Of a DNA stretch of 64,000 nucleotides, positions 24,201 to 36,200 are shown one piece after another. A program made the translations under genes and the position numbers. How positions within the stretch are numbered: the stretch's first letter is position 1; each line of letters starts with the position of its first letter. The notes beneath the pieces were generated by a model. The model was not told the origin of the DNA. It searched no databases and saw only the letters and a program-made list of their open reading frames with translations. Source of the stretch: Phoronis australis (taxonomy: Eukaryota; Animalia; Phoronida); contig NMRA01000447.1 of assembly GCA_002633005.1 (NCBI GenBank), forward strand, positions 281,182 to 345,181. The letters run 5' to 3'.

Positions 24201-27200
24201 ATGAAAATAATTCCAGAGGCCCCTATCTGACAAGGGAAAATAGAGTTAACTGTCGCTCTAATTTTTGTTTTAATTCTAGAAATTATCACTTGATAAATTT
24301 GATGGTCTGATAGATGCCATCAAGCGCTGCGCGTTTCTGAAAATAAGTGTAGATAATTTAATATTTACGAACCCATAGAGGAGCCATTGATTAAGTTGGA
24401 ACCCTTTTCGTGTTTTTATTGACAAGACATCTTTTTCGTGTAATTTTAGCAAAAATAATGTTCAACGATTACCCCAGACACATTTTTCATTTAATTTTTG
24501 TAATTTAAAGAATTACTCGTCCTTTACCCCGCAATTGATGTTTTGGGAGGCAAGTATTTCGTGCCAAATTCTTTTCATATAGTCTGAAATTGAGAGGTGC
24601 CGCGTCAGTCATTGTTCTACCTCTGCTGTGATTAGTGCGGTCGTCGTTAGCTTTCGGTTACGAGTCAGTCAACATCTACCACTGTTGCTGCGTACCAAGA
24701 TGTGGTATCGGCTCTCGAACAATTGTCACACTTGCTTTAGTGTCCCGCGGCACACTCCCACTGGATAGTGACATGAACACAAAACTGCTTACATCCCGCC
24801 GCGTGACACCCTCGCCACACACCTGGTACCTTCGAAATAGCTCTAATACTTCAAAAAGTCCCTCAAAACTTGCTTCACGTATTTATTCATTGCACCACGA
24901 ACTGTCCTCTTAATTGGGAGTCGAAATGAACCTGTAATCACTCCCTCTACTCAACATCGCATCAGGGCTCTTTAGACTCTCTGGGTGATAATGAGAACAT
25001 CCCGGTACGCAGCAACGGTGTGGCATGTTGTCTGACTCGTAAACAAAACCAAACGACGACCGAACTTATCACAACCGAGGTAGAACAACGAGTGACTCGA
25101 CAGCTCTCACAGTCATACTATACGAAAAGAAATTATCGCGAAATTCTTGCCTCGCAAAACGTCACTTCCTTAAAAAGAAACGAATAATTAATTAAATTAC
25201 GAAAAGCTGTAACTAAGTAAAAGATATATCTAAGATAATCAAAGAACCTTATTTTCCCTTTAAGGTGCCCCTCAAGGAGAGAGGGGCCAAAGTTAGAATC
25301 GATTACCTGTATTGTCATTATTCATGATATTGTATAACCAGTTTTCATGTTAAGGAAGAACACTTCATGCAGGGTCACACGACGATAGAATGTACTGTCA
25401 CTCTTTTCAGAGTTTAATGATTTTTAGCCTTTCACCTTAATGTGTACCATTTCAGACGGGTGCCCCCTCGATGGGGTTTGGGGGAATTGTCCCTTTTCCC
25501 TCTACACGTGTGAATCTGGCCCTCTCAAGTATTTACGAGGGGAAAGCTGAGATTCCAAATTCATCGAAAAACACGAAACACGCACAGCACAACATTATCA
25601 GTGCAATCGAAACAAATTACCAATATGTGAAAAATGCAATAGGATTAAAATTTTGAAGAACTTGAAAACGTATTTCCGGGAATGCAGTGCGGAAAACAAT
25701 ACCATATGTTTCTTCCGCGCCTATAGAATAAAACGTTTAGGACATGATTCCTAAAATCAGCCAAAACCTTCTAAAGGTGTATGTATGTGGCTCTACTTCG
25801 GGTTAAAAGTTTTCCGATTTGCACAATTTAGAAAACACACTAAAATTTTCGCTATAAACTGTCTTTGTTTGGTTCGGTTTGTACGCTCTTAATAGAACTC
25901 TACAGTTAAAGGAACATTGGCGAAGTGATTGACCAAGAGACATGATTAAAAGCTACACGATATTTCGAAATATACTTGTTTCATTCTCAAGGGGAAATAA
26001 AATGACGCAATATCGCCACAACAGAGCATTAGCTTGGGACGTGGTACAGAACAGGTGTTAAATACTGCTAAGAATGGGGGGTTACAGGAAAGTCACGCAA
26101 ACAGGTGTAACGTGCGGCACGTCCCTGAATGAACAGCAAACAGGGTCGCGCCGCACTACTTTTCTGCAAATGGTTACAGTTTCTTTTGGAGAGCGGTATA
26201 CAATCCAGACATTTCTACAGTGAATGGTGACACAATGAGAGGTGGTGAAAATGATACGCACATCAAACATCATTTTCCACAAAATCCGTAATTTAATCAA
26301 AAATGAAGCAAAACTGGTCGCCTTCCACTACTTTATTGGCAGAGTGGAAGCAAGCTTGTGTATCATATTGTGTAAGGGCTTGTTATATGTAGATATCACG
26401 GAACACATGGATTTCATTGCTTTTGTCGAAGAGGTCATTGAGTTAAAAATTATTCACCTTTCTATGTTACTATCAATCACTGTCATCAATATTTCAGAAT
26501 GTCAAGAGGGGTATTACGGTGCAGATTGTCAGCAAGCCTGCGGCCATTGCATAAACAACACCATCTGCAATCCCTATACTGGTATCTGTCGGGATTCGTG
26601 TGCTCCCGGGTATATCACATTCCCGTACTGTCAGACAGGTTTGTAAACAGTTACTGCCTGGCTCAACACCGCAATTAATTGCTTATGATTGTGTAGGATC
26701 TTTGAAAAATGTCCAAATGTGGTTAAGTTTGGAACGTCGTTTATTTTAAACGTCTGAATGGATTCATTCATTATGTTTCTTTCACTACGTAACTTTCCAA
26801 ATAGTTAGGAATTGTTGTTACAAAGTTTCTGTGAACAAACTCAAAATTTGCATGAAGTGAAAACGAGGTGATAATTTGGGATACTTTTAATGCGTTTTTG
26901 CTATTTCAGCTTGATAAAATATGTCAAACGAAAGTAAGATTTTGAATTGACTCCCTCATTTTTCACGAATGTAGGTATCGTTTTTATTAAAGATACCAAT
27001 CGGTAATGACTGATTGCTATCAACTCAAAATCAAATTCTACTGGCGGTTACTTTAAGAAAACTTTGTGCTTTAACTCAGTTAAAATCTATAATTCTGTAA
27101 AATCACGTAGACATTTGGCTGAATTCATGTACCCTGACATGTCCATAAGGTCCCACGTAGCCTAAAATTGCAAGCTTATATTTGTACTGTAAATTAATTA

Positions 27201-30200
27201 TTTAACGATGAGCATGAGAAGATTTATTGTTACCTTCTGTGTTTGAAATTTAAGTTCAAGGAAATCTACGTCGGCCAAATACGTCTCAAAACTTACATCA
27301 GCATGTAAACGAAAGGATTGGATGAGTTGCATGCAAATTTTTTTAGTCAATTAACACTCAACTTGCCTGTTGCATCCCTTAAGTGACAAAAAATATGCTC
27401 AATTTCATTTTCTGGTGACTACTCGAAAGCAGCTGGTTTTGATATTTTTATTAACAGCATGTTTTTGATGTCAAACTATCATTGCAATAGCATCAGCATT
27501 TGTTTTCATGAACCCTATATGCAAAAATTCACTCAGAGGCTGGTCAATGCACCTTAGGCATGGAGATGTTAATAGAAAAAATTACCCATCTCTCATGGGA
27601 TTTTAGTTCAGAATTTTCGACATTGCAGTGTCACAACTTCTGTTTCCGGATGTTTGATACACAGAATATGTTTCGTTATTTTCCGACAAAAGTTATGATG
27701 TTTGCTTAGATTTAGTATTAAGATTTGAGACATTGGTGAAAATTATTAGAAACTCCAAGCACTCACTTCAACACAATACTCAGTTTCTTATTCACTCCGA
27801 CATGTACAGTCACTGGAAAGATCGGTTTCGGGGAAGTTGGAAGCATTTGATTGTTTCTCTGTAAACCAAGATTTGAACACCTGCGTCTTCCACACAGCAG
27901 TCCGAAGCTTAAACCACTCAGTTACAATGTCTCTGCTGTTATATTGTCTTCAGTGTCTTTAACAAAACATGTGTGTTACATTGTAATTATGCTAATCATT
28001 AAACAAATTAAGTGAATTTTACATAGCGAGATTTGCCTGTACCTTTGGCAACTCATAAATAATAGGGACAATTAATAGTTGCTTTCAGAACTACAGCTAT
28101 CTTTTTAAAACATAACGACAATTTTGGGGCGGTTTTTCAAAGTTTTCGAAAAAAAATCCTTCGACGCTCAGCCAGCGGGTGCTTCTAAAGACTCAGAAGT
28201 TTTCATTTGTTTGTTTCTGATGAAATGGTGTAGGAAGCAGGGACAGGGAGTGACGTTCACCCGAATTCTGTTTGGGCTTTCAGCGCACTTTCTCGACGTA
28301 AACGACCAAGAAAAATTCATACTTTTCACCACAGACAAGCGACTAGTGGCCAACATACCTTTAATTTGATTAAACTAACTAGCGCCGAAATTTTGTGACA
28401 AAGGGAAGTTTGCAAAATTGATGTCAAGAATTACAAGGCTGTTGGACACGGGAGTGTGGGCTCACATCCAGTTTCCTTGCCCACAACGGTCTATTCCGCC
28501 CCCAACAGTAGAAAGCCTGTTCACTTTACTTGTGACTGAGAGTCTTCCTCTCCCTGCCATACTTATATGTGCGCCACTATCAAACTACTTATATTTCTCA
28601 TCGTCGTAGAATGCCCTGCTGGATGGTATGGGTCGAACTGCCAGCATGCGTGTGGGCATTGCAGAAACGGTGCCGCCTGCAATCGATCTACAGGTGTGTG
28701 CGTCGGCGCGTGTGAGCCTGGATACATGGTTTTCCCATTGTGTAAGCATGGTGAGTGGACATTTGTCTTTGTTTTCTTCTCTTTATTTGTTGATCACATA
28801 ACATGCATGCACATGTACCTAAAAGAAAAAAAAACGATAAAAACTGACAATTTGTCATCACAACAAAAAATGGTTGAGGGTTACCTTGGTTTATAAAAAT
28901 GATTCAAGATATTTATAACTCAACATTTTTATCCAATACGTGATGAGTCTGTTGAGGGAAATACGGCCATGTGTAATTAAGTTTTCCGTATTAATCCCCC
29001 GCAGTACTCCAACAGTGACCTCTGACATGGAAAGTTCAAAAGGTAGGTCAATGTCGACTCGATGTCTTCAGCCGGTTCGATCATCAAAGTTTCCAAATGT
29101 AGTTTAAAGTAATGCCGTTGCAGCAGTGTAACTAACACTGGACATGCAACCAGGCCCTAAACGTAAAATCTGGAACTAATCTGTTAATTATATGGCACTG
29201 ATGACTAAATTTTCAATTGATGAATACTATTTCGTCTGCAACTCAGGAACCCATTCCTATGAAACTATAATATCAAATGTTGTTTAATTTTAACCATATC
29301 CAGGATATGTTACAATTCCACTGCACAGTTGCCGTTTTTTATCTTTGTTACATTATTTCAAGAAATAAATCGCTATTTTTAAAACTCTTTCTTTTACAAG
29401 AGAAAACTTACAACCTAAGGCGCAAGTACATACATACAGGATGTGATCCGCCATGTGAACTGTCTGGGTCAAGTATTAGCAGACCTTCTTTTATACATGT
29501 TTGGTTGAAAAGTAAGCTGTTCTTGGCTGTAATTAGTTTGTAGAACAAACTTTCGTATTGTCTACACTAATGTATATCATCGGATGGCAGTTGATATTAT
29601 AGGTCGCCCAGTGTAAGTGGCATCAAGAACACAAATATATTAGTGAATATATATTATTCATAATAAAACAGTAGCGGTACTTCGACAATACTTCAGTCAT
29701 CAAAGGCAAAAAAATTAAAAATCATAAACGCTATCGCGTAAGATACATGAAACAAGAACAATGACATTAAACACGAATATAAGGTTGCATTCATAAGAGC
29801 GCAATTACAGAAGGAATTCTCATGGAAACTAATACACTATGAAACGTTGGAAAACTTAATGAAATACATAGAGGTTACAACTTATGGACATTATTTAAAT
29901 AACGACAAGGTACGATGGAACCCAATATCTTGGGAATTTATGTCAGGAGTTTCATTTTTTATTATGAAAGCTTCGAGTATTTTCAAACGAAGGGCGTCAC
30001 GTTCGAAATACCTGACGATGGTATTCTCAACGATATCTGAACGAGAAATTCTGTGGAATGTTTGGAAGTGATCTTTAATTGATCCATTTTGTAAATGCAT
30101 AGATAACCGGCGAGACAAAGTGCAAGTTGTATAACCTACAAATCTTAAGCAATCAGTGTTTGAACGAATACATTCGTTGTGGGTGCAATTGAACTAGTAA

Positions 30201-33200
30201 ATCAAGTCAACTTTAGCTAACACTCGGACAGACTTTGAGCACATATTGTTTTTATCAACAACATTTTTAGTTTTGTGGTTTTGGTAATATATGATTAAAT
30301 TAAGCTATCTTCTGGCTTAATGGTCTGAACATTATTGTGGAGGATTCGTTTTAAAATCCGTTCATCTTCAATATAACATATATGGAATTGATTGGGGTAG
30401 AATAGTTCATTGCTACAACCACTTTTTTATTCTGTTTCTGTGTCTGCTTCTCTGGTGACGTCAGAGGGTAGGCACCGGGTTAGTCTCTGGCCCACCTCCT
30501 TCCAGTGTCGCATGCAATGTAAATTTGGAGATGCAATCAAGGTCATGCTGGTTACATACTCTTCGATCAATTCCCCTGATACGAGTTTTTGGTGCATTTC
30601 CGTATTGCCATCCTCGCTCTATGATGTGCTTTGTTGCCCATCTCTCCTGCTGTTGAACAATCTCGGCATCTGAAAGCGATTCACGCACTCTGGAGATTAC
30701 ATCTTCTGGTGTGAGGAGCAGGTCGGCAGTCGGTTTTGCGATGCTTGCAAGCTCATCCGCCTTGACGTTGAATGAGATGCCACAGTGTCCTGGTTGTTTT
30801 AAACACAGAAGCTTATGCAAGAGGCTTATGAAAAGCTTCACATTCTCATCAACAAACGTATTACTGTAACCGCTATTTATCATAATTTGCTTAATGCGAT
30901 TACATTAGGATTTGAAGGTTTTCCAATCTGAGCAAACGTAATATGCTCTTTTCAAAATGCTTGTCAAAACAGGGAGTTTATATCTCAGAGGACATTGGCT
31001 AGTTTCATGTAAACAAACACCACTATATGTAGGTTTCCTGTGTACTGAGGTCTAATGCCAGATTCATCATAATCAACAAGTACGTTTAAGAACTGTAGCT
31101 TCTTTTTAACTGGAAATTCATGCGCGAATTTTTATACAGAATTTTGCTCTAAGGCGAGTTTTATCTCCATCAGCTTATCATTGTTGACAATCATAAAGGT
31201 ATCATCACCATGCCTGCAGTACATGTTCGTCTGTTCTTGAAGACTATCAAAAACCTTTGTTTCAGTGTTGCACATTTAAAAATCAGCAAAAGTTGGTCCC
31301 ATGTGATCCCATGGGTACACCATTGGTTTGTAAATACAGTGTTCATCGATGTTCCTAAAAGGTTCTTTTGTAGTGCAAAGTAACGACAAATTTCGAATTA
31401 CCTCTTTAGGAATACTGGAATGAGGCATTGATGCATGGCTATACATAGAAGATATTATTATGTCTTCAGTCCCAACAACAGGGACATTAGTAAATAAACT
31501 TTCAACGTCAAGAGATTCAGGTTAGGATTTAGGTGTTGCGTCAATAGATCTTAATAAATCTAAAAATTCCTCACGAGATTTCACATTGTACTTATACGGT
31601 AAGTATTGTTTACTAAGTTCATCTAATGTTTTAGCAATTCCATAGGTACATGTAGGGGTTTACACTCGAGAAATGATGGGTCTTAATGAGTGTGTGTTTT
31701 AGGGTTACCGTACAAGTATCCTACGGAAAAATCACCCCCAACAATTTCAAAATACTGTTTGTGAACATTAATTGTTTAATAAAACTTTTTAGTTCTTTCT
31801 TAAGATTATTTACGGGGTTACGATTTATACACTCAAACCCTGACTTGTCATCGATGATATTATTCAGCTTCACTTGGTACGCAATCTTATTCTTTATGAC
31901 ATAAGCAGTGGTCTTATCAGACTTTCTAATATCAATGTCATTATTGTTCCTCAGTTGCTTTGCGGCAATACTAAGTTCTTTTGTTAATATTCTTGTGGAA
32001 TTTCTTGAATTGGATCTGTTCCTAGTTCCTACTGCTTTGAGCTGGTCTTTAATATTCGTATTAACATTGACAAAGCCATCTCTCTCAAGGTTTTTAACAT
32101 CTTAAAAAGTTTTTCAAGTTCAACACGTTTTTTGTTCCATTCAAATCGAGGTTTTAGAGGTACATTCATTCCCAATGACAAAAAATTATGATCATCTTCT
32201 GTAAGTTGATGATCAGACAAATTCATGTTTTTTTCCGCTTTTGCGGTGTAGCTATAGCACCTTTATATAAATTTTAAAGTTTTTTCATGATCGTGTTTGT
32301 AGACTTCATCTGCTTTTTAGTTTGCAACGTATCCACTCCTATGTTGATAATAACTCTTTTGTTGGCTCCGGTGAGACCATTCATTCTTGAATGGTATTTG
32401 GGTAAAAAACACGATAGCGTTTGTGATTTTTAAATTAATTTGCATTGGATGACTGAAGACTAGTACACATATTGTTTTATTATGCGCCCACATATTTATA
32501 TGTGGACGCATTATGCCGTCATCTCCGTCCGTCGGTCCGTCCGGCGTCCGTCCTTCCGGCGTCCGGCGTCCGTCGTCCGCTGCTCTTTGTCCAAAATGCC
32601 TCGACGCATGTTCATGAAATTTTGCACATGTGTTTCTTCCGTGATTCGGACGGCATGAACGATCTCTAGGACGGATCTGACTACCGGTGTGTCCCCTAGG
32701 GCCAACTTAGTATTTTTACGTTTACCTCTTTATCTTCAAAAGTCCTGAACCGATTTTCATGAAATGTGGTACATAGGCACCTTTTAAAGAGATGAAGCTA
32801 TCCTCTTGTTTTCAGATGGCTTTGACGTAGTTTACGCCACCTAGTGGCCATTTTTACTGTTTTTTTTGCGTCCACCCCTCTATCAACCAAACTGCTCAAA
32901 GCATGATCGTGAAAATTGGCATGTATGTTGTTACTATGAAGAGGACGGCTGACGATAATTTTCCGACAACTTCGACTATTGTGGCGCCTCCTATTGGCAG
33001 ATTTTTTTGCGCCTATGGTTGTTTCCCCTAAACCGTTCGCAGGATGTTTGCTAAGCTTAATAAGTGTATTTGTATGATGTTAACAACGAAGGACGACGAC
33101 TTTTAGACGTATCTGACTACTGGTGTATCACCTAGTGGCAATTTGATTTTTTTACGTTTTACCTCTGTTTGTTCAAACGTCCTCAACGGATTTTCATAAA

Positions 33201-36200
33201 ATTTGGCATACAGGCATCTATTAATGAGGTGATGCTATCTCTTCGTTTCAATATGGATTCGACCTTGTTTGCACCACCTAGTGGCCATTTTTACTGTTTT
33301 CGGGTCTGTTTTTGGCGTCCACTCTTCTATCAACCAAACTGCTTTCAGGATAACCGTGAAAATTTACATGTATGTTTTTAGTGTGATGTGGACGGCTGAC
33401 GACGAAGTTCCGACGGGTTCGACTACGGTGGCTCCTCCTAGAGGCAGTTATGTTTTGTTTTTTTCTGCGCTCATGGCTGTATCTATTAAACTGTTTGCAG
33501 GATCTTTTCTTAATTTAGCAAGTGTATTCATATGATGTTGACAATGGACGACGACGACTTTCGGACGGATCTGACTAATAGTGTGCCCCTAGTGGCAAGT
33601 TTAGTTTTTTACGTTTACCAGTCTGTATCTTCAAAGGTCCTCAACGGATTTTCCTGAAATTTGAATATATGCATCTATTGGTAAGATGACACTATCATTC
33701 CGTTTTTGGATGGAATCGAGGTATTTTGCACCACCTGGTGGCCATCTTTACTATTTTCAAATTTTGTTTTTGCGCTCACCTCTCGATCAACCAAATCATT
33801 CTAGGGATGGTTTTGAAAATTGGCGAATATGTTTTCAGTGTGAAGAGGACGTTTGATGATGACGAATGACTACTGTGGCGCCTCCTAGTGGTAGTTTTGA
33901 TTTGTTTTGCGCTAATAGCTGTATCTCCAAAACCCACTGCATGATCTTTCTTAAATTTTGTAAGTGAATTTATATGAAGATAATAGACGACGACATTCAG
34001 TAAGATGAAACGGACACTGTGCCCACAAGTGGCCTTTGTTTTTCTGAAGTTCCTTGACAGATTTTTATGAAATATGTCATGTTCCTGATTTTGGATGGAT
34101 TCTACGATTCTGTGCTATCTAGTGGCCATTTTTATGATACAAATTAATAACCCTAAAATCACACCACCTGCGATGCTTTTGTGGACGCATTTCAACGCTC
34201 CGCGTTGTTCTTGGTATGGAATGTTTTGTACAGTGTTTTATTATAAATTTACTGATATATTTGCATTCCTGATGCCACTTACCCTCGGTGATCTGGTATC
34301 TCAACTGCAATCTAAAGAAAGACATTGATGTAGACATACGTATATATCCTATACTACTTCAACATTGATCTCTGACATGGAAAGTTCAAAAGCTAGGTCA
34401 ATTTCGACTCGACGTCGTTAGCCGGTTCGATCACAAAGATTTCAGAAAATAGTTTGAAGATATACATGTACAAATATAACTATGTAAATAACATTCAACT
34501 TACAATCACATTTCAATAGTAACTCATGGAACATGACTATTAATTTTATGGCAGTAATCGGTCTTGGTTTTCATTTGCTAAGTATTTTATCGTCTGCCAC
34601 TCAGTATCAAATATTACTGTTCAATGGAAATTTAGCCTTTGTTGTCTCTTCTCAAGTAATAAATCGTCACTTATCTATGCTATAAGAAATTGAAAATGCA
34701 AACATTGCGTTGGCGTTCAAAAGCAATGATTCATGAATATGTGATGTTTCATAGCTGGCCAGATTTAAAACACGTTTGGTGGGTACCCAAAGCTGTACAA
34801 ACATCCTTCGTCCAGTAGTAACATTTCTGTATATTTAGCAATCGCGCTCATTGAGCTTAAGCAATCTCTTACTAACTTGCTTTAAAACTGTTATAAACAA
34901 GCCTTCCATCACGAACCAAGTTTGATTTAGCTTGCTCGCCGTTACGAAATTGGTCTTTAATTGGTTCTTTGTCATAGCTCGTGTCATTTCGGGGCTTGGA
35001 ATAACAGTTCGCCATAACTTGAGACTAAAGGCCGGGTCTTGTCTTTCTACTCGAAATCCAACTTGAGGCAATTTATGGCACTTTCTGGTATGCTTTTGTT
35101 GCAAACTTGAATGTAAGTGTCTAAAGCATATGGTTTATGCAAATGAGTTTTTTAAGCTAGATTTTATTCAAAATGACAGGTCCCTGCGCCACTCCTGGAA
35201 CTGAAGTGTGTTAAAGTGGGCAGCCTCAGTTTGCTATGGAAATCGACATTGTACAGTAAGCCTTGAAATTGCCAGGTCACTTACGTGCGTTGTTGGTGGT
35301 GCCTATAGAAGCGGCAACTAAATGACCGTCTAATAAAGTTTATAGTTTTTGAGGAAATTGCACCCAGTTACACAAAAACTTTCATGAGTAAAGAAAACCA
35401 TTTCAAATATTATATTACGGGTGTCGTTGTGCCTGTTGAATTTGCCGTCATGCTAAAAGTTCATGTAGTTGTACTGTGTACATGGATGCAAAGTGGATAT
35501 AAATGCAACCACAGTTACTATGCTGTGAATTTCCCCTTATTTCATTGAAATGTTACAGCTATGTGCGTACATGTTCCACGTTAGTGACAAATACAAATCT
35601 TGTTGCACGAAAACATTTTTAGTATATCATAATGTTAACTTACTGCATATCTTGGATCAAAAACGATTGTGCCAAATGCTAGCTTTTATTCTCGACTGCT
35701 CCACTATGGACAGGCCGCTATTCTCTACTAGCACTACAAAATCCCATGACCAAGATCGCATGGCGAGATCCGACGTCTCTGCACGGCACATTTTCAACTC
35801 GTGAAGTTGCCAATTGAAGTGTCCTTTCACGTATGTATTTTTGCCCCGATTGCGCCGGTTGTCTGAATCGGACACTTGGAATCGGGTCTGCGCTTTCCGC
35901 ACACACATTTCAGCTAAAACCCCAAACATTGTCAAAACTTGTTTCAGTATTGGAATGCCAATTACCGGGGTCGATTAATAAACTGAATATTTCCTCGCGG
36001 TATTGCAGTTTAATTTTTGCAGCTGCCAAAGGGCAGCCCTAAATCCGCCCATATGGTGAATATGTCGACGCATGTGAGCCCGTTTACATAACAATCCTAT
36101 CATATAAACATGTTACTGGTGTATTACTTTGATATTGCATTTGTTGTTCACATAGATGTAATACGCCTGTAGAATATATAGAATAAAAAGTGACAAGCAC

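Noticed and set aside
27868-27932. Functional tRNA gene
   Set aside because: A and B boxes are present but the acceptor and anticodon stems do not pair; treated as a SINE-like relic.
28940-28975. tgatgagtctgttgagggaaa, hammerhead-like
   Set aside because: The core is imperfect and stem II does not pair.
29670-29710. Possible hammerhead ribozyme at the Penelope end (minus strand TTGATGA...GAAG)
   Set aside because: Both core boxes deviate from CTGANGA/GAAA and the helices cannot be drawn with confidence; at most a decayed relic.
32590-34130. Regularly spaced short motifs resembling a CRISPR array
   Set aside because: The 'spacers' are homologous at ~450-bp period, the context is eukaryotic, and no cas genes are present; it is a tandem repeat within a Helentron MITE.
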